DNA of 64,000 nucleotides from Moniliella sp. 'wahieum' (taxonomy: Eukaryota): contig RSEE01000038.1 of the NCBI GenBank assembly GCA_003971905.1, positions 558,001-622,000 on the forward strand. Direction: 5' to 3'. Positions 36,929 to 50,327 of the stretch are shown in pieces. Each line of letters starts with the position of its first letter. Position 1 is the stretch's first letter. Made by a program: the position numbers and the translations under genes. Below the pieces are notes generated by a model, which was not told the origin of the DNA, did no database searches, and saw only the letters and a list, made by a program, of their open reading frames with translations.

Positions 36929-38948
36929 TTACACAAATAAACTCGCACGTCCGTACCTCCCGTCTCGTCTCGGCATATGCATGCCGAGGGGCACCTTGCC
37001 TGGGGCGGGTCTGGGCTCAATCGTTGATGCGCAGCCAAAGGATGTGCCCGTTGGCCGCCGACCGAGAAGACCTTTGATGCTCACTATGCCACTACCGCCG
37101 CCCAATCCCCAGGACAGAAGTCGCGGCGCGCTAGGGACCGAGAAGAACACACAGCGTCAGTACTTGCCCCACACGCGCTAGAGCATGCCAATCAACGTAC
37201 AAGCCAAGGTCAGAATCAGGAAGCCCTTGACCACCCACGGGTGCACTGGCCGACCAACGGGAACGTGTAGTCCTGGGGCCGCGCCAGGCCCTTGCGCTCG
37301 CGGTACAGGTAGAGCACCAGCGCAAAGCAGGGCGGCAAGGTAAATGAGAAATTGAAGATGCCCAACGCGCTGACCAGGCCCTGGACCGTGCCCACCTGCG
37401 GATGGCCGAGGCAACGGCATACGATGCGCCCCAGATCAGTACCGTAAAGGGAACCCAGAGCATCATGCCATATGGCGTCGTGCGCGGTGGACCACGAAAA
37501 CGCCGCCCTCGATCACCTGCATTTTGATACGAGCAACGCGGCAGGTCAAAAAAACGCACACGCGGGGAGGCAGATAGGGAAGGGAGAGGAGGGGAGGCGG
37601 AGAGGAGAGACGAACCTCACTATAACGCCCTTGAGGACAGCTTGCCCACTACGGCGGCCGCGTAGGATACCGGTCAGGAGGTAAAGCACATTGCCGCATC
37701 GAGTGCCTTGCCTGGGGCCATGCCGCCGTACGCGGGGCTGAGCGAGTACTGTCCCGCCAAACTGTAGACCCAATTGCAAACAGAATGTAGAGCGCCGTCA
37801 ACGTCGTCTCGCACGCCGCCAAGCCTTTCCAAAACTGACGCGGATCCGTCATCTCGCTGGCAATCTCAACAAAGATGAGTGCGCCCCAAAGCAGTAAATG
37901 ATGTTGAACACGCCGTTCACCCGGGTGGCCAGGATCAGGCGTGATGGCGTACGTCTCGATGGGAGGGTAGGGCGGAACCGAGGCCTTGGTTGGTACTGAT
38001 CGCTGGCCAGTTGAGCCCATCGCGCTGCATCACCACCAGCGTGATTACCACCAGGGCAATGTTGACCCAGACGGCAATATGCGAGAGGGAGCCAGGCCCC
38101 GAATGGTGCGTACCTGGGCAAACACGATCCCCACAATCGCCCATACTGCCACGGCGAGGGTGAAGCACATGCTCTTGTTGTGCGATTGGAGCAAACTTTC
38201 CAGTGCCTGACCGTTGGTCAGCGACGCTACGCCAATGAGCAAAACAACTGGCTTTGCTGCAAAACATGACGATGCGCACCCAGCGACCGGCGATGCGATG
38301 TGCCAAGTCCGGGTAGGAAGTCACGGGGAACCGAACCGAGTCCAAGCTGCAAAACACGTGCATCAGAATCGCCCCACACATCACTGCCGCCGCACTGAGC
38401 ACGACAAAGAGAATGTTGGTCGGCACGTAACCCAGTGCGCCCTCGGCGTACGGCACCACATTCGGTCCCACCTGGTCCGTCCATAGGAGCAACATGATGC
38501 TAGGCCCACTGGTACGCAGACTGGCCGCCTTACGAAGTTTGAGCTGCGTATGCACGTCCAGGCCTTCCAGCTGATCCACCGTCCCGCTCGCCACTTTGAG
38601 TTCGACGTCCGATCCAATCCCCGCCTCGCCTGCCGACAGGCTGGGAAGCGGAACAACGGCCGCATTCCCCTCGGCCTTGACGTCCACGCCCGCGTCGCCC
38701 TTCTCGGACTTGTCAACCGCAGGATCGGAAGTGGAAAGCGGGGAGGCCAAGGCCGGCAAAGCTGTCGACGTAGTAGTAGCCTTCGCCTTGCGGCCCCGCA
38801 TCCAGCGCCACATTGCCAGCACCGGATCCAGGAACGCGGGGCCGGCACCGCGCACGCCAGCACGCGCAGCGTCGGCCTCCTGCGCGCGCTGGATGCGCGC
38901 CCAGTAGATCTGCTCCTCAATGGTAGGAGCGGTGGGTGAGGAGGACAT
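36929..38948 (-). CDS. Amino acid transporter (Aa_trans family, Mtr-like fungal clade), frameshifted
   Basis: TIEEQIYWARIQRAQE N-terminus, LLWTDQVGP.VVPYA, LDSVRFPVTSYPDLAHRIAG, GALIFVEIASEMTDPRQFWKGL, many TM segments, C-terminal TSFGCAS. Confidence 0.85.
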
Positions 38949-39979
38949 GGAAGGTGGGGGGGGGAACAAGAAGGACGGAAGGAGGGGCGGGAGGCGAGGA
39001 GGCGCCACCTTCCTGCGGGTGCTATGATGCAGCAAGTAAGTCGTTCGCCTGTCTCACATTGTGCGGTCCTACCGCCGTTGTTGTGCCGCAGCCGGGCTGC
39101 GCCCAACGGCTAGCGCTGGGGCAGTCCTCGCAGTGCGCACGTCGCCAGCCAGCAGCCAGCAGCCAGCAGCCACAGGCAGTGGCCTGCGGTGGTCCAGATG
39201 TCCCCTGTACGAGCGGTACGCCAGGGTAGTACTCAAGCCTCGGCTTCAGTCTCTCGTCTATCAAACAGAGTGCTGATACCGACGTGTGATATACTGACGA
39301 GCCTCTGTGTCCCTCTGCGCCTCTTGTGCAGTACCATCAGTTGCTATCTGGCCCAGTTGCCACTGCCCCTTGGCGCATTGGCGCAGCAATACCCAAATTC
39401 AGCCTCTGGCCACAGCACAGGAGCGTTGTGTGATGTGGGTCCCAAGCCAGCCCAGGAACACGGCGGGGCGGGGGGCAACAAGAGACGGTCCGGGCCCTGG
39501 CTTGGGTCTTTGATTCCATTATGCACGTTCAGACGTTCAAGCGCCCAGGCCTCAAGCTCTCAAGCTTCAAGCTTCAAGCCGCTGTGGGCCTCAGGGGCAT
39601 GTAACAGTGCCTAGTACCTATCAGCTTCCGGTTCCGGCGTCAAGCTTCAAGCTTCAATCAGTGCCTAGCGCCTATCGAGCGTCTATCGACTGTCCCAGCT
39701 TGGTGCCGGGGAGCCCCCAGCCATTCGGCTCTTCGTCGCTGCGTTCGATGAGGTACCCCAGAGAAGGTGCACGCCACGGAACCACTCACTATGGCAGCAA
39801 TCATTAATCAGCAAGCAATCAGCACCCTCATCGACCTCATCCATCTCAGATCCAGGTACTAGTAACGGTGGGGCAGGGGGGGAGCGAAAGGAAAACGACG
39901 GGTGCTTTGAAAAATGCGTTCCGGGTTTAAATTTTAACGTTTGGTGGTACTTAGGAACCTGTTTACACGGGACCGCTTG

Positions 39980-40017
39980 TCACATGTCACATGTCACGCG
40001 TCACATGTCACACGTCA
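39980..40017. promoter_or_regulatory. Representative TCA-N4 heptamer array (one of >30 such intergenic motifs/arrays)
   Basis: TCA CATG TCA CATG TCA CGCG TCA CATG TCA CACG TCA. Regulatory function is inferred from position only. Confidence 0.5.
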
Positions 40018-40855
40018 CAATCCCTATCAGTCAGTATATCCCGCCGCACTCCGAGTCAGCACCAGCACGACCGCACAGTCGCTACAGGTCAATCTAGCTA
40101 GCGACCAACTCGTCAAGCTTGTGACGTGAAAAGTGAGCAAGTGAATGTACAATGCGTTTGGCCCACGCCAGCCGCCGCACCACCACCACATACCACTGAC
40201 ATCCCGACGCTCTAAAGCTTCAAGCGCCTTATTAGCGCCGCCAGCGACAGCTACCAGGAGCTAGCCTACCCCCAGCATCCTCCTGTGTGACATGTGGCGT
40301 CACCTGTCACAGGCGTGGTGTGTGACATGGAGGCGGCCCGTTCCACTCGCTTCCGCTCCCGCCCACACCTGTTTCTTTTCCCTAAGCCGGGGGCGGTACA
40401 CAACCCATCCATAACTTCTTCACTCGCAGGTCCCACGAGGCCGGGGCTATCCTGTTGCATCCTAAACAGTTCTCGTGTGTGTCCAGAAGCCGCGGCATCG
40501 ATGCCTTGGTCTGGTGTTTGACGCTGCCCACGCTACTACGCACCCTGAGGGCTGAATCTTAGTCTGAGGTCGTCCAAGTTGATACAAATAGGAGACAGGC
40601 AGGAAACATATAGGAAGACAGAGAGTAAACATAAGGGGGGCAAAAACGGCCACGGCAGTTGGAAAAGAGGAAAGTGAAGAAAAAAAAAGGCATGGAGAAG
40701 GGGGATGGAGCAAGCTAGAAACGAGCCAAGCCCAGTTGGATAAGTCCAGCAGGGCTTGCGGGGGGCGAACAAGGAAACGCAGGCAAAGGCGATTGCCCAA
40801 GATACACAACGGGGCAGCTCAACGACAGAGTGCGGAGACTAATGACCCAATGTTG

Positions 40856-42130
40856 CTAGGGGGAACCAACCTTGCGCTCCGTGGCAAGCACAAGAGGCGA
40901 CAAGGTGCCTGGGCTCGAGGTTCTCGAGAAGATGGGGCAGGCAGCGACGTCACTGGCAAGAGGGACAGAGGGGTCGACGATCAGGTTCGTGTCCGGGAGC
41001 CAGCGGGTCGGAGCCACAAAATCAGCATGGTAAAGTTTAACCGGAAATAGGAGTGAGATCGACCACGTCAAAGCGGGGGCGAGGCGAGCGAGCTGCAACA
41101 ATAGGCTTGACATCCTCATCGGGCAAGATTTCCGCTTGCATGGCAGGATAGGCCGCCAAGACAATCGTCTTCTGCGTCTCGGACAGACCTTCCTTCTTCA
41201 TGTGCACATTCTTGATGTGCCGATGCATGTCGGCCCGGCGGTGCGACGCGTGGGCGCACTGGGCAAGGGACAAGGGAAACGCTTGTTGCAGTTGGGATCA
41301 TGGGTCTTGAGGTGTTCTTTAAGATTATATGCACGGTCAAACACCAACGGGCATTGGTCGCACTGGTACATGCGCGGACCTGCCGGGATAGCATACGGAC
41401 TGGCCGCCTCGCGCAGGATTGGCGCGGGCGCCGGTGCGCTCCAAAGCCAGACGCAGACGAGGTCGTCGATCGCGGACACGCTTCCTGGTGCGCGGCTCGT
41501 TCCACCAGACCTTGCAACACGATTTCCGCGGGGATCTCTTGCACCAACGAGCGGCGCGACAACGTGAGGAATTGGAGCATCGTCGACGCCGGCGTGCCAT
41601 TCGCAGCCATGTCCTTGAGACTGGCGCACACCGACTCGTATGTAAGTCCATTCGGGTCCAGAGAAGAGGCAGCGTCCGCCTTCGCAAGCTGCGGCTTACA
41701 CTCGGGCGAGGACGCAAGTGTCATCGTGGATGGGGGCGAGCAGTGTGCATCAGATCAGGCAGATGATCTTTCGTCTCCTGGATCGATAGGTTGGGGAGAG
41801 CGGCTTGGGACATGACAGGCGACACGGTGGCCGCCCGCGAATGCGGGGACATGTCCATGTCCATAAGATTTGGGCCAGATCCGGGGGCGAGGAGGCGTCG
41901 ATCGATACCGAGCTGTCGTATTCCGAAGGGGAAAGAGGATAGGAGCCAGGGCTGGAGCTGAAGGAGGCCTGGCTAAAGGAAGCGTAGTCTCCATCGGGGA
42001 GGTGCGGGTCGAGGGCAAAGAGATCAGGTGCGAGGGTCAACGTGTTGTCACGCTTGGGCTCGGACATGATGGTGGCAAACACGTCGTAGTCGACGGGAGC
42101 GTTGATGGCAGGGTTGAGGAGCTCGGGCAT
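40856..42130 (-). CDS. C2H2 zinc-finger transcription factor, frameshifted
   Basis: YQCDQCPLVFDRAYNLKEHLKTH, then FPCP.AQCAHASHRRADMHRHIKNVH; Ser/Pro-rich N-terminus starting MPELLNP. Confidence 0.85.
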
Positions 42131-43774
42131 GGCAGAGAGGCGGATGGGACTGTCAGGCTGTGAGACGCGAAGGGAGGCGGTGCGAATGGGAATGGAGAGG
42201 CGGTGGTGGTGGTGGTGGAGCAAAGCAGGAATACCAACGTTGAACGCTGCGCAGCAACGTTTTAACACCCCCTGGCCGCCGAGGGGTGGGCACGACGCCT
42301 GTGTGCTGTAGCGACTGCTTGTCTACGACTCATCGTACTCATCGATCACGCATGCACCCATCGATCATCGACCATCCGATGCATCCTAGCTGGTTCTGCC
42401 GCGAGGACCGGGGGAGCGGTGAACGGTGATTGATGCCAACGACTCGATGATGCCGGTGATGTGATGCATGGTGTATGCGGCCCGAGGCCCGATGCATGAT
42501 GTTCATGATGGGACAACGCCGCTGCACTGCTTTGGCTTCCATGCAGAAGCAGCGTTTTAGTGTGCTCCCTCTCCGCCGTGGCCATCGTCCTATCTGTAGG
42601 CCGCTGTGCCCCCTCGTCCCCGCCGGGCCAAGCTCGTTCCCTGTCAGCTGGCGCGACGCCGGACGCGTCCCCCGTCTTGGCGTTGGTCGCGCGGCCGGTG
42701 CTGCGCGAGATGCGAGTGTTGCCCAGCCGCTCCCCACGCACGCCGACCGCCAAGGCACGGTGCTGCCCAGCTGAGCGCGTGTGCGGTAGTGACGCCCTCC
42801 TGTCCAAGCGCCTGAAGTAACTGACGTTGAGCCCAGCGCTGAAGCTCCTGGGCACGACGACGGAATGCCGAGTGCGCCTGGTTGTGCTTTCGGAGACAGA
42901 ACAACGAGAGAGCGCCCGTCGGAGAAGCAAAGTCAGGAACGGCCCTCTGGCAGCTTGCTAGGCGACATGTGAGTGTGATGTTCGGCGTCACAGCTGTCAC
43001 TTGGTACGCGGTACGCCCCCACTCTGTCCCCACTTGAAGAGCTTGGCGTTTGAAATTTGACACGTGACTAGTGACTCCGCCTCGTCGCCTGCATTCCGCT
43101 CCACGTGTCCTCCTCTCCTTGGTGGCCACTGCAAATCGACAATCAATAATCAATCGATCTAAGATCCCCTCCATCATCTCAGATCGATCGCATCGATACT
43201 CGTCGTATCCAGTACTCACTAGTGCCATCAGATGAAGTGATGTCGTTTTTTTCTCCACGCGAGGACAGTGCGCCTTCAAGCTTCAAGCTCCACACCCCGC
43301 CACATCTGCACGGCGCCCTGTGGCATTTCTGCCTCATCTGCTGGTAGACAGGCATCGACGTAGTGCGCCCGACCGCGACATAAGCATCAGCAGTGGGCAA
43401 ACACAAGTCGACGACCACAGGCCTGCCTGCCCCCAACTTTTCCCCTCACAGGCCTCACCGACCTCATCATTGCTCTCAGAGAAACAGAACTGATAAGATA
43501 GCCGGCAGACGTATATGCGCACGGAAGATTTGATGCAAGGAGTGTGGAGCCCTCGAAATTTCGACGAACCACTGCCTTGAGCACAGATGACGTGCACACA
43601 GCAGCTAACAAAAATGAATATAGGATCCAATTGAACACTGAGGTGGTGACGGGCCAGGCGGATGGGAGAGACCTCCACGTCAGACCTCAGGTTAGACTGC
43701 CCAGGGACCAGGAACCATGCATAGAAAAGAGGAGATGAAGAAAAGAAGGTCAAGGGAAAGACCCAGTCGCACGC

Positions 43775-44732
43775 TTCACGACGTGGGGTGGGACGACGCC
43801 ACTTTAGGGGGAGGGAGGGATTACACGCCCGCCACTCGCACTCGCTTCCTTTGCCCTTCGGCCTGGTCGGGGAGACATGGAAGGAAGAGAAGGCGAGTTT
43901 TTTGGATCATGCACCGGGGCACTCTCAATTCCGGTCATGGTGCCAACCTGGGCCCAGAAGGCAGCATAGTTGCTCGGCACTGCTTCCCGCTCCATCCCTG
44001 CCCCAGAATGAGAGAGAACAGGCGACGCGGCAGTCACCGAAGCGGAAGAAGGGACAAGGGTGGAGGTGGCAGCTACCGCTGTATCGTTGGCGTTGGGACT
44101 GATGATGCTTAGCGGTGCGGAACGCCGGGCCGGCGTGTGCGCTACCCTTTTGCGCGCAGGGGTCGGCCGGGGCGCCATCATTGAGGCCTGTGCCAAAAGC
44201 GCCATGTTGTCCATCCCTGGTGGTGGCTCCCGCCAGCGTTGGTATTCCGGCACCTCCTGCCCAGGACGGGAGAGAGCACGCCCGAGAACATTGTGGTTCA
44301 CGGATGCGGATGAGGCGCTCAACCCGGTTTCTGGTGCTTGGCTAGACGACGGGGAACGCATGCGGACGCCTTCGACGCTGGAGCGGGCGCGTTGGGTCGA
44401 AGGGAGGCATAGGGTCCAAAAACGTCTTCGGCGCTGGGGGCAGCGGTGCGCTGGGTACGCTGTTTTTTGTAATACAGAACCTCAACCTCGGACAGGGTTT
44501 GTTTGGCCTGATGAGGTAGCGGCAGGAATGGTGCACGACAAGGTTAGTGGTCAGTCCCAGGAGCCAGTTCATCCGAGAGAACGCACCCAGCCATTCTGGA
44601 CCTTGAAGTGAGCGTAGCGCAGGCGTTTGGCGCAGACTTGCGCCATCCGTTCTAGCTCGACCGGATCCAATGGCCGTCGTGTTGCGGCGGTGCTGGTGGT
44701 TTGGGTGCAATGGGGTCGATGCTGGGGAGCAT
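43775..44732 (-). CDS. Whi5/Nrm1-like cell-cycle repressor domain protein; intron 44508-44586
   Basis: Spliced motif KRLRYAHFKVQNGW|AKQTLSEVEVLY matches the Whi5-like GTB motif; downstream S/P-rich region with DNMALLAQAS. 3' end uncertain. Confidence 0.72.
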
Positions 44733-45045
44733 GCTGATGGCGGCGGGAGTCCAACTACCAGGGCAGGGTCGCAGGTGTGTAGATGGCGGTGGCGGGCGGC
44801 GGGGTGGGGGGTGGTGCGGCGATGATGGGACGGCGACAGGGTGGCCGCCCATGCACTGTACTTAATTCCATGTGGATGCGTGTGGTGTTGGTCTCTACCG
44901 CGCCGCGGCTGCGTTTGGCGTCCCCCTCGGGTGCATCACGTGGACAGTGGGTGCTAGGGTTGCCCGGGTAAAAACAAGAACAGGCTGCGCCTCAGGAGCT
45001 TCCGCCGTGGGGATGATCTTGTTGAATTGATGTGGCGCCTTTCGG

Positions 45046-46452
45046 ATGTCAGCTGTCAGTGGTGACGGCAACCAACCTCCCCTGCGCCCCCGCCCCCCTG
45101 TCCCCGGCCCGCCATGTGGGGAGCTCCCCACCCCGCCCCGCCCCCGCGCCTCTCCCGCCCTCCTCCGGCGCCCCCCCCACAGCGCCGACACCTCGCCTGC
45201 CGACCGAAGCGCCACGTATCTGCCGGGCTATCTCAGCAAGATCAAGGATGTCCGCCCTTACTCGTCCCCCATCCACGGCACTCCCGCGTCCCGCTCGGCC
45301 TCGGACGTGAGAGACGATATCGGCCACGAAGGTGGCTCTCTCTTTGCGCTGCGGCCGCCGTCTGCGATACCCAGTCACCCCGCCCAGAACACGTTCAACT
45401 CCCCGCTTTTCCAACCGCGCACCTCGGGACGATTCAACGACTCATTCACCAGCAACCCGGCCAACAGCTCCTTCCTCGGCAACGTCTCCCTGGGAGGCAC
45501 TTCACGTGGATCCCTCTCTCCTCTTCCGCGGGGCGGGAGAACGCATTTGGACCGTCGGGCTTACGCGCGCGCCCGAGCGCTGGCCACGGACCCAACCCGC
45601 CCCCGCACAGCCCCAACATCAGCCTCAGTGCCCGCAGAGGAACCGTTGTCTCCTCGCCAGGGAACGAGGACGATGCCCCGCCTCCCATCCAGACCCTGGG
45701 GGACGAGGATGCGTTGGACATCTCGGGTGCCCTACCCCCGCCCCTGCTCGGACCCTCGTATCAGCCCCAACGTCGGTTCTGGGCAGGGCCTCTGCATCTA
45801 CCAGCTCCTCCCTCATGCCCCCCGGACAGGGCGGCGCGGATGATGCCAAGTTACGCACAGTGTACCTCTATGGCTTCCCGCGCTCCCTGGAAGTGGTCGT
45901 CGTGGAACACTTTGGCCTGGGTCTGCTCTCGTCCGAATGGGTGCCCTTTTCCCAGTCGGACGAAGGACCGGGGTGTGTAGAGGTGGTGTACAAGGACTCG
46001 ATCTCTGCCTTACGCGCTTCCGGCGCGCGGGCGAAATCGTTGCGGGCGCCTGCATGGTCGGGGTACGCGTGAAAGACGAAACCCTGCATCATACCCTCCG
46101 CCTCGATGGGCTGAGCGGTTCGTTGGCCTCGGAATCGCCTCGGCCGTCCCTCGCTTCGCCCGCTGTGGTCCCTTCTCCTGCACCCAGCACGCCCCAGCGG
46201 CCCCAAGCCCGTCCGCCGCGCGCCTCAGCCGGCCGGCCGCTCAGCGTGATGGGCACCAAGGACTCGGCCTTGGCCCCGGCGGATACATCAGCCTCTTTCT
46301 TCCGCATTCCTGGATGGTCCACCCCCACCGCTCCTACTGCCACCGACGTACCGGCAGATTCGCGCCGCGCTTCCTTCTTAAGCAAGGGGGGGACACGGTT
46401 TTCGGTTGGTAATCGAGGTAATCGCTGCGGATGCATGGATGCTGGTGCATGA
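45046..46452 (+). CDS. NUP53: Nucleoporin Nup53/Nup35-like protein (RRM-like domain), frameshifted
   Basis: YLPGYL near the N-terminus, DDAPPP motif, TVYLYGFP...VVEHFG...VEVVYKDSISALRA...GEIVAGACMVGV. Confidence 0.65.
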
Positions 46453-46895
46453 TGCATGACTCCCCTCTGTTTGTGTCTGGCGCCATTATATCATGCCTAC
46501 CCATCCGACCCAGCACGTCCACAGCGACGCAGCCGATGCTGGCAGCCAGGTAGCCGCCGGACGTAACCGATTCCAACCCGAACGAACACCGGCCCGTTGC
46601 ACAGCCGGGAGAGGTCGAGGAGCGAGTACCGAGTACCACTGGCGCAACTGCATTCAAACTTTCATCGGACGTCCCTTTGGCTTGATCAGCTTGATCTGAG
46701 ATCTGATCCATCTGAGATTCCAGTCTGACATCTGAGAGATCTGAGATCTGATTTCTGATTTCCGTCCATCTTTTGAGCTTTGGCCTGACGCTCAGCAGGC
46801 TTCATCGAGTTCGTCACTTGGTCTTTGATGGCGCGAGCAGTTCGCCAGCTTTTACCACCTTCTTCCTCCCCACCGTGTCTTCTTCCTTTGCCGCC

Positions 46896-47849
46896 ATGTT
46901 CACCGGTCTGATCGAGATCTGCGCGCCGTATTGCAAGTCGAGAGCATGGACGCTTCGTGAGGCAGGCGGAAACGGATTTTCCCTCACCATTGGCGGCGCC
47001 GCCTCCATTCTGGACGATTGCCACATTGGAGACAGCATCGCTGTGCAGGGTGGGTATTCTTTCGTTTTTGTTCACTACACTGCGTACGGATCCTGACTCT
47101 CCGCTTTTTCCTCCTCAGGCACATGTCTGACGGTCACCGAATTCTCCAAGACCGACAAGGGCGGCTGGTTCAAGGTCGGCCTGGCGCCCGAAACGCTGCA
47201 GCGGACCAACCTTGGCTCGGTCCAGGTGGGGCAAAAAATGAACTGCGAACGCGCAATGAGTGGGCACACGAGGTTTGGAGGTCACCAGGTCCAAGGACAC
47301 GTCGATACCGTAGCCACGTTGCTCTCGCTTGCGCCCACAGGCAACGCATTGACGCTGAGCTTGCGTCTGGACTCGGCCGCGGGCTTACCGACTGCATCGC
47401 AGTGCGCGCCCTACCTGATCCCCAAGGGATTTATTACCCTCAACGGAGCCAGCTTGACGTTGATTGATGTCAGCCCGCCCGGCGGCGGCGCGCTCACCGC
47501 CGAACAGCGCCACTTGTCCCCCGCCGCGTACGCAGCGGACTTGCACGCCTTCCCCCCTCCTCCCAAGGAAGAGACGGTGGAGCTGACGATCATGCTCATT
47601 GCCCACACGCAATCCATCATTGACCTCCCCCGCCTCCACCGGGCGCCAAGGTCAATGTCGAGTTTGATATGGCGGGCAAGTACGTGGTGCGGTCGGTGCA
47701 GGGTGCATTGGCCGCCGGCCCAGCCGCGGCTACCGACCAGGCAAGCGGAGACCAACTCCACTTCTCTCGAACGACTGGTCGAGCACGTGGTGCGCAAAGT
47801 CTTGCCGCCGAAACAACCTGATTTGCTTGCAGGGCCGCGGGCAAAGTGA
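46896..47849 (+). CDS. RIB5: Riboflavin synthase; intron 47050-47118; frameshifts
   Basis: MFTGLIE start, GDSIAVQG|TCLTV, APETLQRTNLG, ERAM...RFGGHQVQGHVD, KGFITLNGASLT. Confidence 0.95.
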
Positions 47850-48100
47850 GGAACTGGGCCGGGGGGAGCCAGGTCACTGCTCACTTGACCCATCACGTTT
47901 CCCGCGCCTGTCCGCCCGACAGACGTTTGTGCTGCGATCAATTTGAATGGACAGTCCTTTCATTGTGCTTGGGTTCTCGCCTGTGCGTGCAGTGCGGGGG
48001 CGAGTGATAGTCGGGTGGGGAAACGAGGTTGGTAGTGGTTAGAGAAACGGGGGTTGAGTGGGATGGTGTTGTGCGTCGGTGAACGCAAAAAGAAAAAAAC

Positions 48101-48196
48101 TGGTCAATATGAGGCTTGAACTCATGACCTTGGCATTATACAGCTCCGGGAGGATGCTTATTAGTACCACGCTCTGACCAACTGAGCTAATCGACC
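48101..48196 (-). tRNA. tRNA-Ile(AAT) with 22-nt intron
   Basis: GGTCGAT-TAGCTCAGTTGGTCAGAGCG-TGGTA-CTAATA[intron]A-TGCCA-AGGTC-ATGAG-TTCAAGC-CTCAT-ATTGACC-A, followed by T tracts. Confidence 0.93.
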
Positions 48197-49266
48197 ATTT
48201 ATTTGCACTTCTTGGTTTGAACATTTTGACGAGGCTTGTACCTTCCTCTCCATGTCCACGCGCTCAACAGTATAGTTTAAACAGGCGTAAGCTGTGTGCA
48301 GCACTGACAAGCATGCCACAGTGCGCAACAGCGGGGGAAGTGCTGCTTCAAGTGCAAAGCCGTGCGCAATGCAATGCGGAACCAACTATCGAGGGAAGCT
48401 AAAAGGTGGAGCACGCCATCCAAATTTTGGTGGGTATACATTCCGCGGGTGGTGCCATACGATAACGAACGCCCACCCTCACCTTCTGCTTGGGGGGTTT
48501 GCCGCCAAAACCATCGACGGATGCGTGCTCACCGCTCACGGTCACCCACAGGGTGCGCACGTTGTTATCTCGTCGACGCGAGGCGAGGTGACACTAGGCA
48601 GAGGGCAGTGACGGCGAGCGTACTAACCATCATGATATGGTTTGTGATGCTATTACCATCCTTGGGTCTAGTGCACGGGTGAAACATGAACCCCAGCGCC
48701 CAGCGAACGAACGAGAGATGTTAGATCTTAGACCGGCTCTCGGTTGTTCTGTTGACAGGTTAGGATGGCGCCATGCCAGCCCCTTTGCGCCGCTCCGGCT
48801 GAGGCCAGTGTGGGGGGTTATTCTTCCTGTCCATGCGGCCTTCCACAATGTACCGAGGGAGACGCCCCTGCCAGAACACTGCTTTCTCTTCTTCCCACCA
48901 CCACCTTTTTCCCGCCGCCTCGCCTCCACGCCCCCCCGTCGCCGTGGTGGTTCCCTTCCGAGCAGTCTTGTCCTGCTCTCGCATCCTTCGCCCCCACCCA
49001 GCTCTCGCCCTTTTGGCTGTCTCCCGTGACTTACCCGCCTCCAACAGGCTTGTCTGGGAAGCTCAGTCCAACCTGTGCTGTGAGTGCGTCTTTCGCCCTC
49101 ACCCACCAGGTTTCCTCTGTGCGTTTGTTTACTTACCTGTGTAAGACTCTTTCTTTCCGAGTTCGCCTTACTTCAACCACTTTAGCATCACCTTCCCCTC
49201 ATCCCACCTTCACCCCTCCCCCCCCCCCCTTTACGTACCCCCACTCGCCCTCCTCCTCCTCTTCCC

Positions 49267-50327
49267 ATGTCCAACCAGCACATCTGGGAGAACGCTCTCG
49301 AGTGTGTGGGAGACACCCCCCCTTATCCGTCTCAACCGTATCCCCCAAGCACGGGGGATCCAGTGCAACGTGTTTGCCAAGTGCGAATTTTTCAATGCCG
49401 GTGGCTCGATCAAGGACCGGATTGCCAAGCTGATGGTGGAGCAGGCCGAGGCGGATGGCCGTCTGGTGCCGGGCCAAAGTGTGATTATTGAGCCCACGTC
49501 GGGCAATACAGGGGTAGGCCTGAGCTTGGTCGCGGCTGTCAAGGGGTACCGCTGCATCATTGTCTTGCCGCAAAAGATGAGCCAGGAAAAAGTCAATGCG
49601 ATGCGCGCGCTTGGCTCAGAGATCGTTCGCACCCCCCGAGGCCGGCCATGAGGACCCGAGGTGCAACATCAATGTCGCCCACCGTCTCGCGACCGAGATC
49701 CCGCATGCCGTGCTGCTGGACCAATTTGCCAACCCGAATAACCCCTTGGCGCAGCAAGTCACGGCGCAAGAGATCATTGATGCCCTGCGCCATGGCTCGC
49801 CCAGCCGGCGCGCCAGCTCGCACACGCTTGTCGACGCTGTCTTTGCCGGGGTCGGGACCGGCGGCACGATCACGGGCTTGGGCCATCGACTGAAACGCGC
49901 CGACCACAACCCGGCGTGCCAAGTGATTGCGATTGATCCGGTGGGATCGACAATTGCTGAGCCTGCCTCGCTCAACGTGCTGCCTCCGGGCTCGACGGGC
50001 GCCTACAAGGTCGAAGGGATCGGGTACGACTTTGATCCAGCCACACTGGACAAGACGGTGGTGGACAAGTGGATCAAGACGACCGACGACCAATCCTTTG
50101 CCATGACCCGCGCTATCATCCGCGACGAAGGCTTGTTGGTCGGTGGCTCCTCCGGCGCCGTCTTGTACGCTGCACTGGACTGGCTCGAATCAGAGCACGG
50201 TAAAGCCATTGCGCAGAACCCCGAGGCAAACGTGGTGGTGATCATGGCCGATGGCCGATGCATTCGCAACTACATCTCCAAAGACTGGCTCGTCGAGGGA
50301 GCCAAGCCAGTAGAGGTGATTGAGTAA
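49267..50327 (+). CDS. CYS4: Cystathionine beta-synthase, catalytic core only (~350 aa), frameshifted
   Basis: [78 protein letters not shown]. Confidence 0.9.

Noticed and set aside
39529..40017. Short repeat arrays as CRISPR or restriction-site/polylinker contamination
   Set aside because: Eukaryotic context, 7-bp units without unique spacers, and arrays dispersed through many native intergenic regions.
6234..50327. SAM2 plus CYS4 as a sulfur-metabolism gene cluster
   Set aside because: More than 40 kb apart with many unrelated housekeeping genes between.
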